Shown piece after piece: positions 12,061-25,392 of a DNA stretch of 64,000 nt. Position 1 is the first letter of the stretch. Every line of letters begins with the position of its first letter. The stretch lies in assembly GCF_009914755.1 (NCBI RefSeq), contig NC_060936.1. The stretch is one strand, 5' to 3'. The position numbers were made by a program, and so were the translations under genes. Below the pieces are notes generated by a model. The model did not search any database, was not told where the DNA came from, and saw nothing but the letters and a program-made list of their open reading frames with translations. The stretch comes from the human T2T-CHM13v2.0 reference genome, Homo sapiens.

Positions 12061-14450
12061 CTCATTGAACTCACCTGCAGCTCTTGGGGTTCCTGTGTCT
12101 TTCTTCGTTGTTGGAGCCAGGCCTACGTGCCAGCCACCATGTCGAAGGGACCTGCAGTTGGTATTGATCCCTGCACCAGCTAGTCTTGTGTGGGTGTTTT
12201 CCAGCGTGGAAAAGTAGAGTTAATTGCCAGTGATCAGGGAAACTGAACCACTCTCAGCTATGTCGCCTCTACGGACACTGAACGAATGACTGGTGATGCC
12301 GCAAAGAATCAAGTTGCAATGAACCCCACCAACATGGTTTTTGATGCCAAACGTCTGATTGCACACAGATTTGATGATGCTGTTGTCCAGTCTGAGATGA
12401 AGCATTGGCCCTTCATGGTGGTGAATGATGCTGGCAGGCCCAAGGTCCAAGTGGAATACAAGGGAGAGAGCAAAAGCTTCTATCCAGAGAAGGTATCCTC
12501 TATGGTTCTGACAAATATGAAGGAAATTGCAGAAGCCTACCTTGGGAAGACTGTTACCCATGCTGTGGTCGCAGTGCCAGCTTACTTTAATGACTCTCAG
12601 CGTCAGGCTACCAAAGATGCTGGAACTATTGTTGGTCTCAATGTACTTAGAATTATTAATGAGCCAACTGCTGCTGCTTATGGCTTAGACAAAAGGTTGG
12701 AACAGAAAGAAATGTACTGATCTTTGACCTGGGAGGTGGCACTTTTGATGTGTCAATCCCTTGGTATTGAAACGGCTGGTGGAGTCATGACCGTCCTCAT
12801 CAAGTATAATACTACCATTCTTACCAAGCAGACACAGATCCTCACTACCTATTCTGACAGCCAGCCTGGTGTGCTGGTTCAGGTTTATGAAGGTGAGCGT
12901 GCCGTTTTGAGGATGGAATCTCTGAGGTCAAATCTACAGCCAGAGACACCCACTCGGGTGGAGATTTTGACAACTGAATGGTCAACCATTTTATTGCTGA
13001 GTTCAAGCACAAGCATAAGGAGGACATCAGTGAGAATAAGAGAGCTGTAAGATGCCTCCGTACTGCTTGTGAACATGCTAAGCATACTCTCTCTTCCAGC
13101 ACCCAGGCCATATTGAGATCGATTGTCTCTATGAAGGAATCAACTTCTGTACCTCCATTACCCATGCCCGATTTGAAGAACTGAATGCTGACCTGTTCCG
13201 TGGCACCCTGGACCCCGTAGAGAAAGCCCTTCGAGATGCCAAATTTGACAAGTCACAGATTCATGATATTGTCCTGGCTGGTGGTTCTACTCGTATCCCC
13301 AAGATTCAGAAGCTTCTCCAAGACTTCTTCAATGGGAAAGAACTGAATAAGGGCATCAACGCTGATGAAGCTGTTGCATATGGTATAGCTGTCCAGGCAG
13401 CCATTCTGTCTGGAGACAAGTCTGAAAATGTTCAAGATTTGCTGCTCTTTGATGTTACTCCTCTTTCCCTTGGTATTGAAACTGCTGGTGGAGTCACATG
13501 ACCGTCCTCATCAAGTATAATACTACCATTCTTACCAAGCAGACACAGATCCTCACTACCTATTCTGACAGCCAGCCTGGTGTGCTTATTCAGGCTTATG
13601 AAGGTAAGCATGCCATGACCAAGGATAACAACCTGCTTGGCAAGTTTGAACTCATGGGCATACCTCCTGCACCCCGAGGTGTTCCTCAGACTGAAGTCAC
13701 TTTTGACAGTGATGCCAATGGCATCCTCAATGTCTCTGCTGTGGACAAGAGTACAGGAAAAGAGAACAAGATTACTATCACTAATGACAAGGGCTGTTTG
13801 AGCAAGGAAGACATTGAACGTATGGTCCAGGAAGCTGAGAAGTACAAAGCTGAAGATGAAAAGCAGAGGGACAAAGTGTCATCCAAGAATTCACTTGAGT
13901 CCTATGCATTCAACATGAAAGCAACTGTCGAAGATGAGAAACTTCAAGGCAAGATTAACGATGAGGACAAAGAGAAGATTCTGGACAAGTGTAATGAAAT
14001 TATCATCTGGCTCAATGAGAATGAGACTGCCAAGAAGGAAGAATTTGAACATCAGCAGAAAGAGCTGGAGAAAGTCTGCAACCCCATCATCACCAAGCTG
14101 TACCAGAGTGCAGGAGGCATGCCGGGACGAATGCCTGGGGGATTCCCTGGTGGTGGAGCTCCTCCCTCTGGTGGTGCTTCCTCAGGGCCCACCATTGAAG
14201 AGGTTGATTAAGCCGACCCAAGTATAGATGTAGCATTGTTCCACACATATAAAACATTGAAGGATCTAAATTTGTAGCAAATTCTGTGGCAGTTTAAAAA
14301 AGTTCAGCTGCTATAGTAAGTTATGGGGCATTCTCAATACTTGAATATGGAATATAAGCACAGGGGAAGGAAATAACATTGCGCTTCATAAACACTGTAT
14401 TGTAAGTGGAAAATTCAATGTCTTAAATACAACTATTTAAAATTGGCACC
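12061..14450 (+). pseudogene. HSPA8: Processed pseudogene of HSPA8 (HSC70), full length with both UTRs
   Basis: Intronless; ATG at 12139 (MSKGPAVGID); [15 protein letters not shown]- and [15 protein letters not shown]-like segments; C-terminus [12 protein letters not shown] ends 14211; premature stops at 12181 (TAG) and 12244 (TGA) plus frameshifts; flanks ataaaaatattgaatta (12043-12059) and ataaaaatattcgaatta (14451-14468). The symbol is that of the parent gene. Confidence 0.97.
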
Positions 14451-15711
14451 ATAAAAATATTCGAATTAATAGTGCAAGAATGTTTCTTCTCACCACTCCA
14501 ATTTGTCATTATACTGTAAATCCTAGCTAGTACATTAAGAAAAGAAAAGGAAATAAAGGGTATAGAAATTGAGAAGAAAGAAAGAAAACTTTATTTGCAG
14601 ATTACATGATTGTCTATGTAGAAAATTAAAAAAATTCACATACACAAAAACTTGATCTAATAAATGATTATACGAGGTTGCAGGATACAAGGTTAATATA
14701 CAAGTCAGTTGCTTTCCTATATACCAGCAGTGAACAATTGGAATTTATAATTAAAAACGTATCACCATTTACATTAGCACCCCCAAAAATGAAATACTTA
14801 GGTATAAATCTAACAAAATGTGCGCAAGGAAACTACATGAGAAAAACTATAAAACTCTGATGAAAGAAATCAACAATCTAAGTAAGTGAAGAGAAAGTCT
14901 ACCTTCACGAACAGGTAGACTCAATATGGTTAAGATGTCAGTTCTTTCCAAATAATCCGTCAGTTCAATGCAATCACAGTCAAAATCCCAGCAAGTTATT
15001 TTGTGGATATTAACAAACTGATTCTAAAGTATATATGGGAAGGCGAAAGACCCGGGATACCCAACAAATATTGAAGTAGATAAGCACAAAGTTGGAAAAC
15101 TGACACTACCCAATGTCAAGACATGCTATAAAGCTACAGCAATCAAGACTGTGGTGCTAGCAAAAGAATAGACAAATAGATCCATGGAACAGAAGAGAGA
15201 GCCCAGAAATAGACCCATATAAATATAGTCAAATGATCTTTGACAAAGGACCAAAAGCAATCCAATGGAGAAAGGACAGTATTTCCAACAAACATTGCTG
15301 AGAACAATCGTACATACAAAAAAAAAAAAAAAAAAAAAAAGATACAGACCTTACCCTTTTCACACACAAAAAAATTAATAGTGGATCCTAAACCTAAATG
15401 TAAAATACTAAACTGTAAAACTTTTAGAAGATAATATAGGAGAAAATCTAGATGATCTTGGGTTTGGTGACGACTTTTTAGATACAACACTAAAAATACA
15501 ATCTATGAAAGAAAAATGTAATAACTTATATTTTATTAAAATGAAAACTTCTGTGAAAGATATTGTTAAGGGAAGGAAAAGACAAGCCACAGACTGGGAG
15601 AAAATCTTTGCAAAACACATATCCGATAAAGAATTTGTACACAAAATATACAAAGAACTCTTAACACTCAACAATAAGAAAACAAACAGTCCAATTAAAA
15701 AGTGGGCAAGC

Positions 15712-16010
15712 GGCCAGGCGCAGTGGCTCATGCCTGTAATCCCAGCACTTCGGGAGGCTGAGGCGGGTGGACCACGAGGTCAGGAGATCGAGACCATCCT
15801 GGCTAACACGGTGAAACTCTGTCTCTACAAAAATTCAAAAAATTAGCCGGGCGTGGTGGCGGGCCCCTCTGGTCCCGGGTACTCGGGAGGCTGAGGCAGG
15901 AGAATGGCGTGAACCCGGGAGGCGGAGTGAGCCAATATCACGCCACTGCACTCCAGCCTGGGCGACAGAGCAAGATTCCATCCCAAAAATAAATAAATAA
16001 ATAAATAAAA
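15712..16010 (+). mobile_element. AluY with (TAAA)n tail
   Basis: AluY diagnostics; aaaagtgggcaa on both flanks. Confidence 0.93.
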
Positions 16011-16269
16011 GTGGGCAAAAGATCTGAACAGGCATCTCACCAAAGGAGATATACACATGACAAATAAGCATATGAAAATACGCTTAATATCACACATCAT
16101 TAGGGAATGCACATTAAAATAGTAAGATACCACGGCATATTCATCAGAATAATAGCAAAAATTCATAATACTGACACACCAAATGGTGAGGAGGAGGTAG
16201 AATAATAGCAACTCTCATTCATTGATGGTGGGAATGCAAAATGATATCGCCACTTGGAAGAATGTCTGT

Positions 16270-16394
16270 TTTTTTTAATAGTTTTTGGGGGGAGCGAGTG
16301 GTGTTTAGTTACATGGATAAGTACTTGAGTGGTGATTTCTGAGATCCTGGTGCATCCATCACCCGAGTGGTGTACGCTGTACCCAATGTGTAGG
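16270..16394 (-). mobile_element. L1PB-like extreme 3' end (~125 bp)
   Basis: ttttaatagtttttgggg...ttacatggataag...ggtgatttctgagat...catcacccgag...tgtacccaatgtgtag; tgtctgttt on both sides. Confidence 0.75.
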
Positions 16395-17268
16395 ATTTTG
16401 TCTGTTTCTTAACGTTGTCTTACCACATGACCCAGCAGCTGCACTCCTTGGTATTTACCCAAGTAGTTGGAAACATATCCACACAAAAATCTGCACATGA
16501 ATGTTTATAGAGGATTTATTCTTAATTGCCACAACTGGGAAGCAACCAAGATATCCTTCAGTAGATGAACAGATAAACAAACTGTGATACGTGGATTCAA
16601 TGAAGTATTATTCAGGCTGAAAAGAAGTGAGCTATCAAGCCATGAAAAGACATAGAGGAACCTTAAAAGCTTATGGCTATGTGAAAAATATCAATCTAAA
16701 AAAATCACATGCCGTATGATTCTAACTATATGAGATTCTAGAAAAGGTGAAATTATAGACACAGTAAAGATAGTAGTTGCCAAAGGTTGAGGGGGATGGA
16801 AGGATGAATAGGCAGAGCACAGAGGATTTTTAAGGCAGTGAAGGTATTTTGTAGAGTGTATTTGGGTACTGTGTACATATCTTGGGATTGTATGGGGGAT
16901 GCATGACACATTATGCATTTGATAAAATCCAGAGAACTATATAACAGGAAGAGAACCCTAGTGTAAACTGTGGACTTCAGTTAATAATATATCAATATCT
17001 AGATTATAATTAAGTTAATAATGTATCAAATTAGTTAATGAAAACTGTAACTAATAATTTAGCGAATAATATATCAATATTGATTTGTTTATTGTAACAA
17101 ATGTACTACATTAATGGGAGATGTTGCTAATGGAAACTGCTGAGGTGGCAGGGGAAGAGAGGGAGAGGAAGCCTGTGGAGACTCTGCACTCTGTTCAATT
17201 TGTCTGAAAAAATATAACTGCTCTAAAATACATCTATTAACTCTTAAAAATAGTTAAATCTTCCATAA

Positions 17269-17560
<292 letters not shown>

Positions 17561-17561
17561 G

Positions 17562-18248
17562 AAAGGAGAATTCTAATAATTCTAAACAGTTTATGCAGAT
17601 ATTTCTCCCTCAAGGAGATGGGGCTTAACTCTTAACCATTTGAGTACTGGTTGGCACTCAGTAACTTGCCTTTGGACCGTAAAGTGTGGAAAAGGAGGAA
17701 AAGATTAACTTTATAGGAGAGAGACCTGGCAAAAGCCCTTACCCAGGTGATAAGGTCGACGTCATCTGTCATGTCAATTTCATGTATGTCCCTTTAATAC
17801 CATGTGATGGGAATGGCCCTGCCCCTTTGTGGTAATCCTCCCAAAATCCATTACCCCAGTCTTGCCATGAGAAAAACATCAAACAAACCCAAATTGAGGG
17901 ATATTCTACACAGTACCCGGCCAGCATTCCTCAAAACTGTCAAGGTCATCCAAAACAAGGAAAGTCTGAGAAACTCTCACAGACAAGAAAGGCTGGCAAA
18001 GAAAAGTAATGTGGTATCCAGAGCCAGAAGGACAGTGGGGCAAACTAGTAACATGCAAATCAACTGCAGAGTTTAGTTAGTACCAGTGCGCTGGTGCCGG
18101 CTCCTTAGTTGTGACAAAGGTTCCATAAAATGAAGAGATGTTAACAGTAGGGGAAACTGGGTGAGGGGTATATGAGAAGTCTGTACGATCTTCACAACTT
18201 TTCTGTAAATCTAGAACTATCTTAAAATTAAAGTTTGATTTAAAATAA
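17562..18248 (+). mobile_element. L1MC3/4-like 3' UTR
   Basis: catgagaaaaacatcaaacaaacccaaattgagggatattctaca...aaaactgtcaaggtcat...ggggaaactgggtgaggggtata. Confidence 0.75.
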
Positions 18249-18258
18249 TGTGGGAAAA

Positions 18259-18893
18259 AATAGTGACAGACCAAATGCTGGTGAGGATGTAGAGAGGCTA
18301 GATCACTAATACAATGTGGAGGGAATGTAAAATGGTACCACCACTCTGGAAGAGTTTGGCAATTTCTTTTTTTTTGGCAATTTCTTTAAAATTTTAAACA
18401 CACAATGACCACACCACTCAACAATTGCATTTCTGGATATTTATCCCAGAGAAATGAAAACCTATGCTCACAAAAAACTTGCACATGAATGTTTACAGAA
18501 GCTTTATGTGCAATAATCCCATGCTGGAAACAACCTAGGTGTGTTTTAATGGATGAATGGTTAAACAAACTGTGATATATTCACAGCAGGGAGTACTACT
18601 CAGCACGAAAAAGGAAGGAGCTATTCATATACTCCACAACATGGATGGCTCTCCAGAGACTTATGCCGAGAAGAAAAAGCCAATGTCAGAAAGTTATATA
18701 TGTATGAGTCCATTTATTTAACATTCTTGAAATGACAAAATCATAGAAATGGAGATGAAATGAATGGTTGCCAGAGATTAAGTTTGAGAGACTGAGAGGA
18801 AAGTAGTTGTGATTATAAGAAGCCAACTTCAGGAATTCTGGTGGTGATAGAAATGTTTTGTATCTTGACTGTATCAATATCAATATCCTGGTT
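18259..18893 (+). mobile_element. Continuation of the host L1MD-like element (ORF2 end and 3' UTR), abruptly truncated
   Basis: aatagtgacagaccaaatgctggtgaggatg continues the L1 text broken at about 12050; ends gtatcaatatcaatatcctggtt. Confidence 0.78.
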
Positions 18894-18894
18894 T

Positions 18895-18936
18895 GCCCAA
18901 CAGTGCAAGACCCTGTCTCAAAAAAAAAAAAAAAAA
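18895..18936 (+). mobile_element. Alu 3'-terminal stub
   Basis: caacagtgcaagaccctgtctc plus poly-A. Confidence 0.75.
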
Positions 18937-18942
18937 TAGTAA

Positions 18943-19214
<272 letters not shown>

Positions 19215-19217
19215 TGA

Positions 19218-19530
<313 letters not shown>

Positions 19531-20158
19531 GAATAAGGCTTTTATCTTTAATTAATTCATGCACTCATGCATGACATTACTTGTTATTAGAGTTAGACAA
19601 GGAATAGCATCCATTCTATTCATACTTTTCATTTTTATAGAAGTAATGCTGGGAAACCTTGTTCACGTAAATAAGTTTGGATGGAGTTTTATTATAGCAA
19701 TATGATTTGGCTCTCTGAACTCTTTCCAAGTTCTAAGCCAAAAATAACATACTGCTCTATCATCAAGAATTATTTTTAATAATCTATCAGCTGACAACTC
19801 CATTAGGTCCTCTTCTGATATTGTTGAAAGCAAAGAATTGGAAAACATCTGACTTGCAAATATTTATTACCTAGTCTTTGTGGTCATTAAGTCCTCTTTT
19901 TCTGGGAAATCACCTAAAATACTTTATCAAGACTTATTAAATGATTGTTAATTATGCTTGTTATTCTTTCTCATAAAGACACCTTCTAATTTGATATACT
20001 TAAAAAGGGTTGGAGAAATTGAAATATCTTTCATTTCAATATAAGTTTACCAAAACTTTTTTGTACATTGATTTTATATTATCATATACTTTATTTTTAT
20101 TGTGGAAATTTTAAGAGCTGAAAATTTAGCACATTCAGTTTATGGCACTTTAAGGTAA

Positions 20159-20538
<380 letters not shown>

Positions 20539-20627
20539 AGTTTTCATTTTTCAAGCCAAATCAATGAGTTAATATATGTCCCCAAGACAAACATTCTGCA
20601 TTCTAATTCTAAGATAGTAGACATACT

Positions 20628-20696
20628 AGATTAGATAGATAGATAGATGATAGATAGATAGACAGACAGACAGATAGATAGATAGATATTGATAGA
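20628..20696 (+). repeat. Compound (GATA)n(GACA)n(GATA)n tetranucleotide STR
   Basis: Direct reading. Confidence 0.92.
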
Positions 20697-22246
20697 GCAT
20701 GAAGCTGTACCATGAATTTATCACCGGGATGAAATAATGTGCCACCACCCTCAATACTTCCTACCTTCACTAACCTTATTTTATTTTCATGAGATTTGCA
20801 TGATGGCAATATGTTCTTTGATAATCCTTGGGGGAAGGATGAGGGGACTCATTAGACAAATATTGGTATCATATTTTTGCCTTACCACACAACCTATCTT
20901 GCCCTGTGTCTAATTCCATGCTTTGCCCGTCACAGACGTATGTATAAGACAGAGAGAGACACAAAACCTTAGAGATTTATGTTGCCTTCATTAATATTTT
21001 CAGTTGTCCTTTTTTGGATGCCATGGAAGTTTGTACACTTGGCCTAATGCACCATAGTAAGTAAGATTTGGGATGAGAGAGAGTTAACAGAATTTTTTCC
21101 TTTTGTAAAGTGGGAAAAGCGCTATTGAGAAAGGGCAGGCAGGACCAGAGAACCAGCCCGACCCCCCAGCTGCAGGTGCACTGTCTGCTAGATCAGTTCA
21201 GGGAAGGGCAGATACGGCATTCAGCATCTGGAAATGGAGTGCCTTGAAACAATTCATGCCCAAATACCCCCTGGGAAGTCTTCCTGTCTCTTCAGGGACA
21301 CTCACACTCCAGGTTGTAAACGGTGGTTCTAATACCCCCTCCTTGCAAACCACACCTATAAATAGGTGTGTAGAGACATAGAACATGTTATGAGCTTCAC
21401 CAAGACCTTCCGAGCCACCATTTCCCCACTGCTCGAACCCTGACCACGGAACATCTCACAATGTGCAGGCAGCACATACCGTGATCAGTGCCACAACTTA
21501 GACTTAGTGCAATGGTGAAATACTGAGAAAGAAAAACCAAAGTGCCTCCAGGAAGTAAACAGCCCATGACAAGAGGCCAGACAGACCACACATGAAACAG
21601 ACGCACCACACATGAAATGTGCATAAGAATACAGTGGAGATATTTACGCTTCTTGTTAAAAAAGATGGGGCAGACAGCTAGAGGGGTGAAGGAACTGGAA
21701 ATACGGGATCTCAGAGACTAGGGAGACTTCCTGGAGTTGCATTTGTTTTAGAGACTCCGAGAAGGGCACACATGAGATTTGATGGAGTAAGGAAGGCCAG
21801 TGTGCTGATACCGTTTTAAAACTTCCACAGCTGTCTTCTGGTAAATGAAAATGTCCTGAAGTCCTTTCCTCTCCAGAGCTAAGATGTGTTTTTGAGCCTG
21901 ACTTCTATATTCAGTGATAGGAGAAAGAGAGGAAGAAAGGGAGAAAAAAGGGGACAAACTGGAATTTCTCAACTTCTGGACTAGTGGTAGTCAATTGAGT
22001 TAATTTATACTAAAGTGTTAATGACACACAACAGTTATACCCTCCAAAGATCCCCTGTAGCATAAAGGCTCTGTGAAATACTGTATATGTTGAGGAATCA
22101 AAGTAACAAAGCAATAATGTAAAAGGGAAATTAGGCAAAAGGAATGGGGGAGAGGACTGGTTCTCAGCATTCAAGCAACCCAATCGGGAAACCCCCTGCA
22201 ATGACAAAACTTATCTAGCGCACCAATGGGGCCAGTAGATATCATC

Positions 22247-22264
22247 TGCCAGTAGATGGCGGTC
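22247..22264 (+). promoter_or_regulatory. Candidate CTCF binding site
   Basis: CCAGTAGATGGCGG (22249-22262) matches the core CCASYAGRKGGCRS at every position; non-repeat context. Confidence 0.6.
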
Positions 22265-22602
22265 TTCATACTAATTGACTCTTCACTGGAACAGCCCTTC
22301 TTTCTACCAGATATTTGTAGGGTTGGTTGGCTTATTGCAGAGGTGGAAAAGGAAGCTACCTCCGCAGTGTAAATTGGAGAGCCCTGCGTGAGAGCTCCCC
22401 CTGCTCAAAATTTACTCCCTCACAGACTCGGTCACTTATGTCTAAAAGTCCTATTTATTCAACCCTTTATGGAGGAGGGCAGATTGCTGACAAGAAGTGA
22501 AACTGGGGTTAGTCATTAACACTTTAGCAGGAACTAATTTGGTATATTAATTCAGGAAAGAAAGGAACTTTCCAGGCACTGGACACTTAATAGCCTTCTT
22601 TA

Positions 22603-23169
<567 letters not shown>

Positions 23170-23459
23170 TCATCCCTAGGATGGCCTGAGCAGTAAGGGG
23201 ACATCGCAAAAGAGGAGTTATTCAGAAAGAGGCCAAGATGGTGAGAAGACCTGAAACTGGTGCAGTAGCTATCTGTCCCATGGTAAACTAGAGAAGAGAA
23301 GACACATATTCATCAAGGCACTGGCCTCTGACACCAATGGTTGTCATGTGGAACCTGCAAACCCAAAGAGAGAATCAGAAGTTAGAGAGAAATTGATCAC
23401 TATGCAATGTAAGAACAACTTCACCTTCTGTCATCACCATCTGAAGACAGGCTGATGAT

Positions 23460-23675
23460 GGTTACGGTAAAATAATAATCATCATGACAATAAATCACAT
23501 TTATTTAACCATCCCTTGTGGCTAGGCGCTGTGTTCCACATGCCTGATTTCATTTGACAATTGCAACATTGCTGTGGAGTGGGTATTACTATGACCACCT
23601 TTTTACAGATGAGGAAACAGGCTGAGAAGAATTAAATAACATATTCAGTATGACCCTGAGCATTTAACCATGCCG
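23460..23675 (-). mobile_element. MIR
   Basis: ttttacagatgaggaaacaggctgag core. Confidence 0.75.
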
Positions 23676-23684
23676 CGAGGCTGC

Positions 23685-23830
23685 CTCCTTAGACAGAACG
23701 GGCTGCCCTGGGAGTCTACAAGTTCACAGTACAGAGGCATTGGAGCAGAGGCTAGGGACATCTGGCTGGGGTGCTGCAAAGGAGACTCATGGGATTCAAT
23801 CATCTTAAAGGTCCTCCCAACTCCTAGGGC
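23685..23830 (+). mobile_element. L3/CR1 3' fragment
   Basis: gaacgggctgccctgggag...agcagaggctagg...tcttaaaggtcctcccaactct. Confidence 0.55.
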
Positions 23831-24172
23831 ATACAGATCCACACACTCATTCAGCAAATATGCACAGAGTGCCAGGCTGTGTCCTAGGAACTAAGAAGAT
23901 GATGTTATCGAAAGAAGGAGGAGGAAGAGAAGGGCACAGAGGAGGAGAGAGGAAAGAAAGGGGGAAGAGAGAAAGGAGGAAGAGGAGGAGAATGGGAACA
24001 GCAACTAAAAATTTTTAAAAACAATTTTTTTAAAAAATTCACATCACTATTAATATAATAGGGGCTACTTTACAGAAGTGAAAAAAATGCTATGAAAAAA
24101 ATATAGTGGGGCATATAACCTAATCTGAAGAACCCAGGAAACTTTCTTCAAACTAGAAGGGAAGTGACATTT

Positions 24173-24934
24173 TTCTTTTTTTTTCAGCATCCAATTTTTT
24201 TTTTTTTAATTTTTAGTAGAGACATAGAGACGAGGTCTTGCTATGTTGCCCAGGCTGATCTCAAACTTCTGACCTCAAGTGATACTCTCACCCCAGCATA
24301 CCAAAGTGCTGAGATTACTGGAATGAACCATTGCCTCTGGTCCTAAAATATTTAAATAAGAGAGGATGACCCAGGGTTAGTTTTTTTTTAGCTGGGGCTG
24401 GCCCTTGGGGTGGACATAGGGTTTGGTGTGGCTGTGTGGGGTTCCCCAGGCCTGGCCGAAATGCCTGTACACCTTGGCCCTTGTAAGTATGGGAGAGCAG
24501 GCTGAAGCCACAGGCCTTGGGAAGGCCAGGGCCAGCTGGGCAAAGGTGAGGGTTTTGCCCAGGCTTGAGGATGCGGCTGTAGATCTGCTGCTCACATGCA
24601 ATGCACACACCTTGAGTTTGGGCACCTCCAGCACGGGCACAACATCCATTATGATCCCCACAACCACAGCTGTTTTGTTCTTCCAGCCAGAAAGCTTCAT
24701 CTTCCCCATCATATGGGAGAGAGACAGAGGTGGCCAGTTTCTGTGACTCATTAACAATGTCTTCAGCACAACCTGGTTGAAGGTGGAGTTGGTTCATCTG
24801 GCCGGAAACCTGAACAGCTTGACCAACAGCCTTTGGTGGATGTCCTGGCTCTTGGGCTCCTGATGCCGAACCTTTTGGTCCTTGTCATGGCAAACATCAA
24901 CTCCCTCGATGGCACCTTCTGCCCTGCCAGGTCC
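24173..24934 (-). pseudogene. RPL18: Processed pseudogene of RPL18 (60S ribosomal protein eL18)
   Basis: Translation [12 protein letters not shown]...[10 protein letters not shown]...[18 protein letters not shown]; start codon mutated to GAG (24905-24907), TGA at 24794-24796; poly-A remnant 24173-24184; 18-bp TSD agaagggaa(g/a)tgacattt at 24155-24172 and 24935-24952 within an L2. The symbol is that of the parent gene. Confidence 0.95.
24195..24342 (-). mobile_element. Alu left monomer (FLAM-like) nested in the RPL18 retrocopy 3' UTR
   Basis: Single left arm (gagacgaggtcttgctatgttgcccaggctg...ccaaagtgctgagattac) with T-tail. Confidence 0.82.
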
Positions 24935-25030
24935 AGAAGGGAAATGACATTTAAGCTGAGACCTGAAAGCTGAAGAAGAGATACCTAAGCAAATAAGTCT
25001 AGGAAACAGCCTTTATAAAAGCCCCATGGA

Positions 25031-25392
<362 letters not shown>

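Larger units (their letters stand above)
14475..17240 (+). mobile_element. Second, 5'-truncated L1 (L1MC1/2-like) nested in the L1MD-like element
   Basis: ORF2 restarts in the RT region (caagaatgt...caccactc...gaaataaaggg); ORF remnants at 14678 (KYLGINLTK) and 15505 (RQATDWEKIFAKHISDK); 3' UTR gtaaactgtggacttcagttaataat. Confidence 0.82.

Noticed and set aside
12220-13886. Antisense ORFs over the HSPA8 retrocopy
   Set aside because: Shadow frames of HSP70 coding sequence, with no independent evidence.
16980-17085. Repeated ttaataat..atcaa motifs
   Set aside because: Degenerate AT-rich slippage copies within an L1MC 3' UTR; unremarkable.
24377-24769. 130-aa RPL18-like ORF as a functional gene
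   Set aside because: Start codon lost, upstream stop, frameshifts, C-terminal deletion and heavy missense load.
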